Shown: positions 39,953 through 54,900, counted from the stretch's first letter. The stretch: 64,000 bases of DNA from Eledone cirrhosa (GCA_964016885.1 OZ024741.1:179738001-179802000); one strand, 5' to 3'. Notes: a model not told the origin generated them from the sequence alone. A program made the numbers and translations.

Positions 39953-41112
39953 CTAGAGGGTTTCCGGTTTTTGTTGTCCTGACGTTAAAAAAGGGATTTT
40001 TCTCTGTTCAGGATTTATATTGCTGTTGGTGTTTGCTTGATGAACTTTTGGTCGTGATATTATATTTGGTTTCGTTATGTATTTTTGTCCTATTTTTGGT
40101 ATTATGTATATTATTTTTCCATTTCTTGTTAGCATTATTTTTAACAATCTGGGGAAATGACCTAGGTTTGCTTTCAGGTTTAGATCGTTTTTTTGCCCAG
40201 TTTCTTGTGGGTAATCTCTGTTGAGATCTTGAGAGTGATCTGGTTATTCTACAGTTTTTTTCCCCGTTCCTTGTGGGTAGTCTGTGTTGAGATCTTGAGA
40301 ATGATCTGGTTTTTCTACTTTTCATGGTCTGGTCAAAGGAATATCTATCGTGTTTGTGCTTTTTGTTCATGCTGTATGCGTTACCGTAGTTCTTCTTTGA
40401 TTCAAGGTAAGGTGAGTGTTTGTGTTGCCAAGTGTTCTGGCGTATGTTGTGTTGGTGAGATTGTCCACTTTTAATGCTTTTTTCTCAGAGTTCCAGAGTC
40501 TTTACCGTAATTTGCAGCATATTCGTCGAGAAATAATTGTTTCTGCTGCCATAACTTTCTTGATTTGCTTTCTTCTTTTGAGATATCTCTGATCCATAGT
40601 TCTCGTAGTTTTTCAGCTATATTACCAGTTGTTAGCTTTGAAATTTCGACTTCAATTTGGTCATCAATAGCTTCATATTTGGCTTTGTAGCGGGATTGTT
40701 TACATTGAGAAATGGAGATGTCGGTCCTGAATTTTGTCATTGTAAGTTCCCATCGGAGTTTTGTTTCTTCTTCTGGTTCTCCTGCAATTTCTGTAATTAG
40801 GTATTTGCGAGGGAGTATGGGTGCCGTTAGAGAGAGCCATTTCTAATGTGTTTCGACATATTTTTCGCATTTGTATGCTTTCCAGAAGTTTTGTTTTCTT
40901 ATATTAACAAATTTTTTCCATGTCTTCCACATTTCTCTTCTTATTTGATGTGTTTTGCTTTCCAAATTTCTTTCGTTTAGTTTTGACATCCAAGGGGGTT
41001 GTGGTAGGCTTTCTCTTGTATCTTTGATAACTGTTGGTATAATTTCAGCTAAATTCTTAATTTCAGTGTTTATATGTTCAGTTATAAGTTTTCCGTCTGT
41101 AGATTGTTTTTC
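39953..41112 (-). pseudogene. Decayed ORF of unknown function (helical, coiled-coil-like core, basic C-terminus)
   Basis: ORFs 40843-41193 and 40471-40740 are in one frame across a single TAG (VETH*KWLSLTAPILPRKYLITEIAGEPEEETKLRWELTMTKF); non-repetitive, coding-like; no RT or nuclease motif recognised. Confidence 0.6.
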
Positions 41113-41349
41113 AATGATATGATTCCAGTTCCTCAGAAGAATAACAACACAACTAGGAGCTGGACATATCGATGTATTGACGGAGTAAAACACACTTCAA
41201 CAACATATCATGATTCTTATTTTTATCATGATATGATTCCAGTTCCTCAGAAGAATAACAACACAACCAGGAGCAGGACATATCGATGTATTGATGGAGT
41301 AAAACACACTTCAACAACATGTGTACCTGTCTTTCCCACACCAATTCGG

Positions 41350-41404
41350 ACTGCCTGAAGAGGTCACAGCCAATGATGGTTGTCACCGAAATATACATAG
41401 TAGT
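41350..41404 (+). ncRNA. Minimal type I hammerhead ribozyme (H8)
   Basis: actgc-CTGAAGA-stem II-GAAA-tataca-TA-gtagt, in element 41113-41553. Confidence 0.82.
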
Positions 41405-41899
41405 ATATCTATAATTTATAATAAACGAAGCCAAATTTTACATATTTGACTTAATTATTTAACATTACTCCGGAGTAAACAAACCAACCTGCGTACTTCG
41501 TCGAGTGCTCCAATCTGTATACTGAGGTGTCGGTAAACAACCAACATATACTAAAAGAAAAAAAAAAGAAAATATATATATATATATATATAAATATAAA
41601 TGTATAAATATGTATATATACACAAGTATTTAATGTCCATACCTATATTAGTAAATGTGTGTCTGTTAGTGTGTGTGCCCCCACCAGATTACAACTGTGA
41701 TTCAGTCATATTTATTCCTCACTAAACAGAACCACCAATGTTGCTGGGAGTAAGGGGAAGAGCTTAGGAATTGATAATTTGAAAAATTAGCACTTAGCAT
41801 GAACAAATATATACATACAAACACACGTGTGCGCTCTCTCTCTCTCACACACATATACATCTATGCATACATACATATATACACAGACACATACATGCA

Positions 41900-42530
41900 T
41901 CTAAGAGCGTGGCGAAAGAATACGCTCACGAATGCAAGCGGCCGAAATGGTGTTCCTCCGTAGTGTCTTTGTAGTAACGTTACTCGATAATTGTTTCTAC
42001 TTTTGGCACAAGGCCAGCAATTATCCCAGTGTATTACTGGTACTTTATTTTATCGACCCCGTAGGGATGAAAGGCAAAGTTAAAGTTAACCTCGGCGGGA
42101 TTTGAACTCAGACCATAAAGGGCCATAACTCTTTGCTGCAAAGCATGGCGTCTGACCCTCTACCGATACTGCCAATACACCGCCCTACGTTACTCGATAA
42201 TGTGCGTAGCTCGGAGACCAGAGCGTCACTCCAGGTAGAGCCGCTACTACACCGATTTCAATGATCACAGCTCTGGTACTGTGGGCATGTGGTTAGTATG
42301 TCTCAGGAAAGAATCGCTGGACAGATTTTATGGGCAAAACCAATCGGCAGGAGACCCAGGGGTAGACCCCCCCTCCCAGTAAGATGAGTGGATAACATCC
42401 ATGAGCTTGGCTGGTCTTGCTTGAGGATCCAACCGGATCAGTTGGAAACGGTTGCTTCTGACTGGATCCGCTGGAAGGAGTGTTTGATGACTCAGCCCCC
42501 ACAACCCTCCCAGAATTAAGTGGCTGAAGA
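41900..42530 (+). pseudogene. RTE-clade LINE 3' end interrupted by a SINE
   Basis: ERIRSRMQAAEMVFLRS..TLLDN|VRSSETRASLQVEPLL...GHVV...GRRPRGRP. Confidence 0.8.
41987..42185 (-). mobile_element. SINE family A, full length
   Basis: 15-bp TSD acgttactcgataat at 41977 and 42187. Confidence 0.93.
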
Positions 42531-42999
42531 AAAATACATACATGTATACATATGTTTATACATACATGCACATACATACACATATACGTGCACACATACA
42601 CACATACATACACACGCATGCACACATACATATATTCATCATCATCATCATCATCCTGCGGCCTCAGCCGAAATAGACTCAACAATAGAACCCCACGTAA
42701 GTCTGTTGCTCATTGCAGTGCCAAGATCCCAAACTTCACTACTAGAATTTTTTACAGTTTGTTGAAGGTGAAACCTTTGAACTCAAACATCATATAAATA
42801 AGCAACACGCTGATGTTTGGGCCTTAGTAAATTGTTATCAAATGAGGTTATTAGAAAGCACGCAAAAACAAACTGGTTGAACAATTTAAGAGTATTCTGG
42901 GTGATATATCTCCTATCGAAGGTGATCTCTCACCGCCCCGCCAGGTAAAGGTCTCGCTTCTATTAGATATCTCCACAGCATAATTTTCTTTGAGCCACA

Positions 43000-44300
43000 T
43001 TACTATTGTGATCAAATCCCTGGAGAAAAAGAAAACATCAGGTTTTGATAATATTCCCAGCATGTTTTGGAACAACCCTCACCTGGCCTCTGTTCTTCTG
43101 TCTCTATATAATTGTTTCCACTTTAGGCACAAGGCCAGCAATTACCCAGTTCATTACTGGTACTTTATTTTATCAATCCCGTAAGGATGAAAGGCAAAGT
43201 CAACCTCGGCGGGATTTGAACTCAGATCGTAAAGGGACGTAACTATACTGGAAAGCATGGCGTCCGACCCTCTACCGATACTGCCAATAATGAAATCTTA
43301 GACACTTTCTCCACCTTCAAGCTGGCTTAAAGCTGGAATAATTCTTATTCCTAAGAAGGGCAACATCTCTTCTCCCCAAAATTTCCAAGGAATTTCATTG
43401 ACGCCAATTACCGCCAAAGTTTATCACAAACTAATTCTAAATCTACTTGTTCCATCAATTGATCCACTCTTTCTAATCAAACAAAACGATTTCAGACGAG
43501 GATGATATACGCTTGCTCAAATTCTAGCCTCAGAAGGATAATAAAAGAAATAAGAAATTCCAGCAGGGAAATGACTCTTGTCTTTGTAAAGCTTTCGACA
43601 GAATAAATAAAGATATCCTCTTCCAAACCTTCTTTTGTATAGGATTCCACTTATGTCGAGGGAAGCAATTAAGATACTCTATCAAAACACTAGTATAATT
43701 CCTCCCAATAGCCAAACTGAAGTCGTTGACATCTCTATAGGTGTGTTGCAAGGTGACATACTTACAAGATCCCTTTTTATCATAACGCTAGACACCATCA
43801 ACGAGAAGGGCATCACCATCAAATCTCTCTTGAATTCAAAGCATCTCTTTAAATACCTTACAGATCTTGACTTTGCAGATGACATTATTCTAGCAGACTG
43901 CATGGAAAATTCCCAACAGATTCTCATGGCTCTTTAACAAGCAATTGCTTTCGTTGATCTCCATTACAATGATAGCAAGACAATGTACATCACAAATCCA
44001 TCTGCTCAAACTACCCTCAAATCACAAGATGGAAGGGAAATTAAAAGGGCTAACGATTTTAGTACGTTGGTTTTGGGATCATGAACCCAGGAAAAGATTT
44101 CAACACCAGAAAAGCCCAGGTGTCACCAGCATGCAATAAGCTTCGCAGAATTTGGCATTTCAACTTACCAAATTCCTCAAAAGTAAGTCACTTCCAAGTT
44201 ACAATACAACCAATCCTAATTACGGTCGTGAAAATTGGACATTAAACAATAAGCATATGCATAGTTGCTTCATAGGGTTCAAAACATGAGCTGGAAGCAT
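43000..44300 (+). pseudogene. Decayed RTE-like LINE reverse transcriptase
   Basis: KTSGFDNIP, IILIPKKG..FQGISL, GVLQGD, TDLDFADD with stops and frameshifts. Confidence 0.85.
43108..43287 (-). mobile_element. SINE family A inserted in the RT pseudogene
   Basis: Consensus match; ataat at both junctions. Confidence 0.9.
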
Positions 44301-44634
44301 TTAGAAATATGCGTTGGTTTCCCTCGTATTTGTGATAGTGTGCGAAAGAAGGGGTGAGATTTTCAGCCCAATTCCTACTGTGCCTCAAACGAAGCTGTAT
44401 CTTTTTAGAACTTTGAAAACCAACACCTGTGAAAAGTCAAAGAGGTCGCAATCTCTCCTATCCAGGTATCATAGCCAGAGACCCTGGTATTGGTATTCTA
44501 TGTAGATATAGGCAATGCAATGAGCAACAGAGCTACGTGGGTACATGGATAAATACATACACACATACATACACACACACATACACACACATGCATACAT
44601 ACATACATACATATGCATACATACATACATACAT

Positions 44635-45042
44635 ATGGTGGATGCCAACTCGTTTTCGAGTACGGCCACTACTTTATATCGATGTAGGAGAACCCCTACC
44701 GATGCGCTGAACGAGTGTGACATTTTAGTCCAGCCAGCGACTTGAAAACTCTGGTACAAACACTACACTTGTGACAATTATTGACACATAGTGCTGGGCC
44801 CATGGTACCATGTGACGACAAGTGCAGAGAGATCTCCAGATATAAAGCAATGCCTGTGCCGTGAAGCTTTTATAGTGAGCAAAGGCACTGCACAAAGCCA
44901 GTCCCACTCTCTTAACCAAGATGATATTTACCAAAAAGAAGAACAAGTCAACATCATTGGATACCATCAGGGTTGCAGGTGTTATATCAGAGTTTTCCTT
45001 CTCCTAGAATTCTGCCTTGACAAAGGCTAAGGGGTCATCTCT
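44635..45042. repeat. Dispersed ~410-bp repeat, copy 2
   Basis: Near-identical to 33191-33600. Confidence 0.85.
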
Positions 45043-45119
45043 CATATACACATACACACATACAACAAATAAAAATATAAAGGAGGATACATATATATAT
45101 ATAAATATAAATAAATGTA

Positions 45120-45215
<96 letters not shown>

Positions 45216-45375
45216 CGAGAGAGAGAGATTTTGAGTATATGTTGGTTGTATACCAACACCTCAGTATGCAGGCTGGAGCACTCGACGAAGTGCGCAGGTT
45301 GGTTTGGTTACTCCGGAGTAATGTAAAATAAAGTTAAATAAAAAGTCAAATGTTTAAAATTTAGCTTCGTTTATT

Positions 45376-45430
45376 GCTGCTATATATATTTCAGTGACAG
45401 CCATCTTTGGCTGTGACCTCTTCAGGCAGT
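45376..45430 (-). ncRNA. Minimal type I hammerhead ribozyme (H8)
   Basis: rc actgc-CTGAAGA-ggtcacagccaaagatggctgtcact-GAAA-tatata-TA-gcagc, in element 45232-45495. Confidence 0.82.
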
Positions 45431-45517
45431 CCGAATTAGTGTGGTATATACCACACTAAATTTTAAACATTTGACTTTTTATTTAACTTTATTTTATATA
45501 TATATATATATATATAA

Positions 45518-45637
<120 letters not shown>

Positions 45638-45643
45638 TTATAA

Positions 45644-45698
<55 letters not shown>

Positions 45699-45968
45699 GC
45701 AGTTCACAGTAATAATAATATTAGCTCAAAGAAGACCAGAGAATTTTCAACTGACCTCAAATACAAATATATTACACAGAGAGAAAGTTATAAGGCTGGT
45801 AATTTAAAACTCTACTTCGGAGATTTGATTCTGACTTAGTGTTCTTTCTATTTAATTGCCAACCTGAAGGTGTTGTTTTCCATACAGTAACGGTTAAACT
45901 CACATGTAATAATTCTTTACACACATCTCACTGTGTAACACACTTCTCTCTGTGTAATATATTTTTGT

Positions 45969-45999
<31 letters not shown>

Positions 46000-46359
46000 C
46001 ACATACACACTCACATACATACATACATGCATACACATATACGTACATATATAAAGCATTCGAAAATATACAGATGCACGTATAAATACATAGATACCGC
46101 AGACACGCATATATAGACACACTCATAAACACACACACACACATATATACAAATTTGCACACATGAACACATAAGTGCACACACACATACATACATACAT
46201 ACATACATCCATACATACATACCTTCATACATACTTACATAAAGCACATGAACAAATACACATGCACGCACAAATAGATACATACCGCAGACACACATAA
46301 ACACACACACACATACACATACAATTATTGACACATGCATATAGTCGTACTTCCATACA

Positions 46360-48990
46360 CACATTTACACATACACATACACATACACGCGTGTATATAC
46401 ACATATGCACATACATACATATACATACACATACACGCGTGTATGAATATATATACATATGCACACACATACATATACATACACATGCAGCATATATACA
46501 TATATACATCTACACACATGCACACACATACATATACATACACATACACGCGTGTATATATATACACATATGCACACACATACATATACATACACATACA
46601 CGCGTGTATATACATATATACATCTACACACATGCACACACATACATATACATACACATACACGCGTGTATATACACATATGCACACACATACATACATA
46701 TACATAAAAATACATGCATATATACATATATACATATACACACATGCACACACATACATATACATACACATACACGCGTGTGTATTTATACACATAAGCA
46801 CACACATACATATACATACACATACACGCATATATACATATATACATCTACACACATGCACACACATACATATACATGCACATACACGCGTGTATATACA
46901 TATACACATGCACACACATACATATACATACACATACACGCGTGTATATATATACACATATGCACACACATACATATACATATACATACACGCATGTATA
47001 CATATATACGTCTACACACATGCACACACATACATATACATACACATACACGCGTGTATATACACATATGCACACACATACATACATATACATACACATA
47101 CATGCATATATACATATATACATATACACACATGCACACACATACATATACATACACATACACGCGTGTGTATTTATACACATAAGCACACACATACATA
47201 TACATACACATACACGCATATATACATATATACATCTACACACATGCACACACATACATATACATGCACATACACGCGTGTATATACATATACACATGCA
47301 CACACATACATATACATGCACATACACGCGTGTATATATATACACATATGCACACACATACATATACATATACATACACGCATGTATACATATATACGTC
47401 TACACACATGCACACACATACATATACATACACATACACGCGTGTATATACACATATGCACACACATACATACATATACATACACATACATGCATATATA
47501 CATATATACATATACACACATGCACACACATACATATACATACACATAAGCACACACATACATATACATACACATACACGCATATATACATATATACATC
47601 TATACACATGCACACACATACATATACATGCACATACACGCGTGTATATATATATATATACACATATGCACACACATACATATACATACACATACACGCA
47701 TATATACATATATACATATACACACATGCACACACATACATATACATACACATACACGCGTGTGTATATATACACATATGCACACACATACATATACATA
47801 CACATACACGCATATATACATATATACATCTACACACATGCAAACACATACATATACATACACATACACGCGTGTGTATATATACACATATGCACAAACA
47901 TACATATACATACACATACACGCATATATACATATTTACATATACACACATGCACACACATACATATACATACACATACACGCGTGTATATACACATATG
48001 CACACACATACATACATATACATAAAAATACATGCATATATACATATATACATATACACACATGCACACACATACATATACATACACATACACGCGTGTG
48101 TATTTATACACATAAGCACACACATACATATACATACACATACACGCATATATACATATATACATCTACACACATGCACATACATATACATGCACATACA
48201 CGCGTGTATATATATATATATACACATATGCACACACATACATATACATACACATACACGCATATATACATATATACATCTACACGCATGCGCACACATA
48301 CATATATATACACATACACGCGTGTGTATATATACACATATGCACAAACATACATATACATACACATACACGCATATATACATATATACATCTACACACA
48401 TGCACACACATACATATACATACGCATACACGCGTGTGTATATATACACATATGCACACACATACATATACATACACATACACGCATATATACATATATA
48501 CATCTACACACATGCACACACATACATATACATACACATACACGCGTGTGTATATATACACATATGCACAAACATACACGCATATATACATATATACATC
48601 TACACACATGCAAACACATACATATACATACACATACACGCGTGTATATATATACAGCTATACACACACATACATATACATACATACACACATGCACACA
48701 CATACATATACATGCACATACACGCGTGTGTATATATACACATATGCATACACATACATATACATACACATACACGCATATAAGCATATATACATCTACA
48801 CACATGCGCACACATACATATACATACACATACACGCGTGTGTATATATACACATATGCACAAACATACACGCATATATACATATATACATCTACAGCTA
48901 TACACACACATACATATACATACATACATACACACACACACATACGCACACATACATATACATACATACACGCATATATACATATACACA
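46360..48990. repeat. Complex CA/TA-derived satellite (~44-bp subunits, 388-bp higher-order repeat)
   Basis: Recurrent catgcacacacatacatatacatacacatacacgcgtg; identical ORF blocks offset by 388 bp. Confidence 0.88.
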
Positions 48991-49275
48991 CATCCGACAC
49001 ACATACCCAGGGACACAAAATGGCAGATAATAATATGCCAACTGATATGGTAGTTTTTTTCCTCCATTGGAGGGCTCCGCTCGAACGACGAAGATAGAGA
49101 GAGATTTTTCGCTTATTTCTTTATCAGTTTGATAAAGAAATTTGAATTTATAAAATCTTTCGTTCCACCTTTGTTAAAGCTCTTACATTTAGGGTATGCT
49201 CTCCTCAACTGAAACTCTACCGAACGTTATGTTCTTATATCTACATATACCTATGTATATATCTCTATCTCTATC

Positions 49276-49343
<68 letters not shown>

Positions 49344-49362
49344 ATATATATATATATATATG

Positions 49363-49424
<62 letters not shown>

Positions 49425-50489
49425 CATATATATACACACACACACACATATATATATACACACACATACATATATACACACACACTTATGCATATATGTA
49501 TGCGTGCATGCCTGTGTATGTGTGTACGTCTATGTGTGAGCTTAACACAAAACTGCTTATATATGGATGGAAACAAAAATTTTATGAATTCCGATCAATT
49601 TTTGATATCCTTGATACTTATTTGCAAATATTTTCCTGCATTTTTCTCTTTTATCTATTTTTTCTTTGTGTGTGTGTTTTTTTTTTTACTCATTTTGCTC
49701 ATCCACAAAACTTGAATTATTTAGTAACGTAAAAACGTCAAACGTTAAAAAAGACAACACAACTAAAAAAAAAAAAAATGGCAAAAAAAAGAATGGAATA
49801 GGTTATGAAAGAAAAGACATATCTATGGAAATATATATATATTATATTATATTATATTATATTATATTATATTATATTATATTCAATTCTAATTTGCTAC
49901 ATTTCCAGATTTTATTTTGTAACTTTATCACGCTGTATGCCTGACTTGCTTTTATAAGGCTCTATTCAAATCCAATATTTTTACTCATTCAATATTATCA
50001 TTAGCATTATTGTTATTATTATTACTATTATTATTATTGAGTTTCTTCTTCTTCTCCCCCCCTCCCACGTCTTCTTCTTCTTCTTCTTCTTCTTCTTCTT
50101 CTTCTTCTTCTTCTTCTTCTTCTTCTTCTTCTTCTTCTCCCTCCTCCTCCTCCTCCTCCTCCTCCTTCTTCTTCTTCTTCTTCTTCTTCTTCTTCTTCTT
50201 CTTCTTCTTCTTCTCTCCCCCTCCTCATCCTCCTCATCCTCCTCCTCCACCTTCCCCTTCTCCTTCCAATACATAATATCCTCTCTCTTTCTCATTACCA
50301 ACTCCCGTTTCTTCTTGATGTCTCTGTATTTCTATAGATTCTTTCATCTACAAGCCTGTGTGTGCCATATTACTAAAGGAAAAGTTATATATTCCAGCGA
50401 GCCCCGTCATCATCATCTTATATTGTTTTCCTTTCGAGAGTTTTTAGTGAGATGTTTAGTGAGATATGTTATGCTGTGTTATATTATGT

Positions 50490-50524
<35 letters not shown>

Positions 50525-50959
50525 TTAGGTTGTTATGTGTTGCCAATTCCCATATGAATGGCATCCCTTCTGAGAACTTCTTACTGCTTGCTATTGCTGT
50601 CTTTAAGAGCGAAGAAAAAGTAAAGTCTATAGAGTTTGTTGTTATCGGCGGCAGTTGTTGTCGTCAAAAATGTATTTACAGAAAGTCTAACGTTTCCACA
50701 GAGGATAAAGACTGATACAAATTGAAATGTAAACATTAATAAATAAAATTAATAAAAGTAGAATTAGAAGAAGCAAAATATAAGTAGAAGAAAAAAATTA
50801 ATAAAATCTGAAGAAGGCTGCTAAAAGAATACAAATAAAAAATAAAATAAAACAAACTAATAAAATTAAATATACACGGGAAACAAGAATTCACTATAAA
50901 AATATATATATATATATATATGTAGATATATATATATATATGTGTGTGTAATCTAACAA

Positions 50960-51027
<68 letters not shown>

Positions 51028-51270
51028 ATATATATATATATATTTTTTTTTTTTAAATATATATACACACATATACATATATATTTGTTAGATTACATAC
51101 ACAATATTTAGATATCTTTTATGAATAAACAAACAAACGTAGAATTGTTCTTTCATTTTGATTAAGTGAGGAATTAAACAAAAACAACAACAAAAACAAC
51201 AAAAACCAACACGTTTTTCTTTACTTGTCATTTCACTCCACCTCAGATACACACACACACATAAATGGAT

Positions 51271-51332
<62 letters not shown>

Positions 51333-51848
51333 TTTCTTTCTTTCGTTCTGGATTATTCTTCAATAGAGATAAATAAAAGTCCTTAGTGAGCAGCAATGAT
51401 GAACTAAAAAATACCTTGATGATTACATTATACATCAACATTATATTATATATATCAAGTTTATATTATATATCAACATTATATTATATATCAACATTAT
51501 ATATCATCAAATCTTTTATTGTTTGACTGACTAAAATCTGTTGGATTTCTATTTTTTGTTCTTTTTGGTTTTACAATTTGCATGTAGCAAGAGAAAAAAA
51601 GGTATATTTTATCAGAGAATACATAACTTTCCTCCTCCTCCTCCTTCCTTCCTTCCTTCCTTCCTTCCTTCCTTCCTATCTCAAAAAACCATTTTGGTCA
51701 ACTATCGCAAGAGGTTTGGAAAAGACTTCCAGGCAGAATTATTATGTGTTAACCATGTCAATTGACTTTTTGAGTGGACGGCATGGTGATGACTTAGAAG
51801 TGGGTGATATATCGTATTGACTAAACAAGAACGTTGAGAAATGTCCAG

Positions 51849-51910
<62 letters not shown>

Positions 51911-52017
51911 ATTGAGAGGGACGAGGATGCGTGGTTACTGTTAACGAGTGTTAGAAAAGATAGACATTTTCCATTCATCAGTTGTCTACTACGGGTCACA
52001 GATGTTTCAGCGATATA

Positions 52018-52090
<73 letters not shown>

Positions 52091-52096
<6 letters not shown>

Positions 52097-52883
52097 GAAT
52101 AAACAAGAGAGATGAACACTAATATAAACATACATGTGTTTGAATCGTAAGGATCAAATTTGCTAGGGTGAAAAAATACCAACTAAGCATATTGCTGTAG
52201 TTAGTATTTTTTCACCCTACCAAATTTGGTTCTTACGATTCGAACACATGTATGTTTATATTAGTGTTCATCTCTCTTGTTTATTCAATTATATTGTACG
52301 GCTCGGAAAAGCTTTTTTCTTAGAGCTATTTAATTGTAAGAGACTACTCTGAGTTCATAACTCAATATTTGTCAGCTCCATCATGTAGAGCTATATTTTA
52401 ATGTCCTGTCAGCCAGGCTGCTATTTTTAGCGGCAGGGAATTTCGAGACAAGCTGGGTTCCGAATGACACGTGCGATAATTCATATCGCACACAATTCAT
52501 TCTCTAATATTTTTAGAAGTGAAAGGATCGCTAATTTCTCAACAACTACTGAGGAGCAGAGAAACGTGAGAACTTCACTTAATAAGATGTTGTGAAACAG
52601 TCTCCAATACTGTCTAGTTATTACCAGGCGTTTTGTCCAATATATGTCTATTATTTTTCTTGATTTTTCTTAATTTAATATTTAAAGTTAAGGATAACAA
52701 ACCATATTGCTGTAGTTAGTATTTTTTCACCCTAGCAAATTTGGTCCTTACGATTCGAACACATGTATGTTTATATTAGTGTTCATCTCTCTTGTTTATT
52801 CAATTATATTGTACGGCTCGGAAAAGCTTTTTTCTTAGAGCTATTCAATTGTAAGAGACTACTCTGAGTTCATAACTCAATAT
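52091..52883 (+). mobile_element. Hammerhead element H10: inverted segment plus 1.35-mer tandem (515-bp period)
   Basis: 52188-52368 repeats at 52703-52883; 52091-52179 is inverted; (TA)n on both sides. Confidence 0.85.
52544..52619 (+). ncRNA. Type I hammerhead ribozyme (H10)
   Basis: aacta-CTGAGGA-...-GAAA-cagt ctccaat actg-TC-tagtt. Confidence 0.72.
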
Positions 52884-52891
52884 ATATATAT

Positions 52892-53092
<201 letters not shown>

Positions 53093-53209
53093 CATATATA
53101 TATATATATACATACACAAGGTGGGTGGAAAGAAACTCACGATTGAAAATGACATAACTTTTGGTCTACTGTGACCACATATTCATGCAAGAACGAGCTC
53201 TTCTTTATT

Positions 53210-53375
53210 TTGCACGGACTGTCGTTAATGGCTTGACATTCAATTTCCAGGACGTTGGGTGGGTCCCCGAGGTCCACATGAATCTCCAACAAGAAGCCCT
53301 GAATTAACGCCATGAGATTTTTTTCTTGTTGGGGTGTGCGAAGGAAGAAGTTTATAGCTCAAAACCAAAAACTTT
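53210..53375 (+). pseudogene. Tc1/mariner transposase fragment
   Basis: QFPGRWVGPRGPHE...RSPELTP*DFF..G..KEEVYSSKPKT resembles the WPPRSPDLTPLDFF motif. Confidence 0.7.
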
Positions 53376-53411
53376 GATTCAATCGGAACGACCACAGATT
53401 AATAACATGGT

Positions 53412-53707
53412 CTGTTATAGAAGTCAGCTGCCCACCCAATATCAAAGTATTAAGAAAAATACATGAGAAAGAGGATATCTACGGGCCATTGATCAGGAGT
53501 TTGTAGATCTAGAACCCAAAACACGTGTTCAGTTTCATACCTAGTATTATTAGAACTACAGGATATATACCAACCAGGCTTGAGCAAAGTATGATTGAAC
53601 TTGGATTTGTGGAGAAAGAATGCAGCTCCTTAATTCATAAGCAACAAATGGCCACGATATCAGGAACATTTAAAATATGTAAAATATTCTTACGATTCAA
53701 AGGATGA
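53412..53707 (+). pseudogene. R4/NeSL-like non-LTR REL endonuclease C-terminus
   Basis: VIEVSCPPNI...HEKEDIYGPLIRSL...FIPSIIRTTGYIP. Confidence 0.65.
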
Positions 53708-54248
53708 ACGATTGCACGAGTGACGAGGAAAATTCCTTTTACTTTACTATCTTGCCACCGGGAAGGTGTCCGGTAAAAAACAAACTCAAAACACATACAC
53801 ACACACACATACACTCACACACACACACGCATATACACACACACATACATACACATACATACATGCATACATGCATACATGCATACATGCATAAATACAT
53901 AAATACATACATACATGCATGCATACATACATACATACATACATACATACATACATACATACATACATGCATACATACATACATACATACATACATACAC
54001 ACATACATACATATACATTCACACATGATGGCTGCAACTCGATTTCGAGTAATGCAATCGTTTGATGCAGCTGACCATGCACAGGTTGTACTGGGTTACC
54101 TGTTACCAGTAGTGCTGAAGAGCAACCTGACATTCATACATACATACATTTCTTAACCTTACGAATGTTAGTGTAGCCCTAGCCTCTAAAACCCTTAATA
54201 GTCTTAACAGTCCTCCGCTCCTCATCACTGTTTATAGTCGTCGAGAAG

Positions 54249-54565
54249 GCGCCTGAGTTAGTGGTTAGGGTGCTCAGCTTACGATGGTAAGGTGATGAGA
54301 TCGATTCTCGCCGGTGCATTTTGTTCCTGAACAAGACACTTTATTTCAATATGCTCCATTACACTCAGTTACAAAAAAAATTAGATGTAATTGTAATTTG
54401 AAGGACAAGTCTTGTGACACACTATGTCATACTGAATCTCCTGAAAGTAATCTAAAATGTGCACGGGTCTGTAGAAAATCCAGTCCCTTGTAAGTTAATT
54501 TCATGAGCAATTTGTTACGTTTATTAAATCAACTGGAACACTCGTAGTCGGATCTGATGGAGGTC
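54249..54565 (+). mobile_element. SINE family B, diverged
   Basis: ggcgcctgagttagtggttaggg head, caagacactttatttca core. Confidence 0.75.
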
Positions 54566-54776
54566 CAACGTACGCACACAAAGACACAGACACACACACA
54601 TACACACATACACACATACACATTGTTGTTGATGTCTCCGTTTCTTTAGACAGTCGCTAAATATACGGATGGACATAAGTAGCAATAATAATAAAAAGAA
54701 AAAAAAATGCCATACCGCTAGGTATGATTTCAAAATTGATATTAGGTTCCATTCAGTCTGCTCTAGTTTGATATAT

Positions 54777-54900
<124 letters not shown>

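Noticed and set aside
51960-51990. rc tagacaaCTGATGAatgGAAAatgtcta
   Set aside because: No room for stem II; at best a deleted relic
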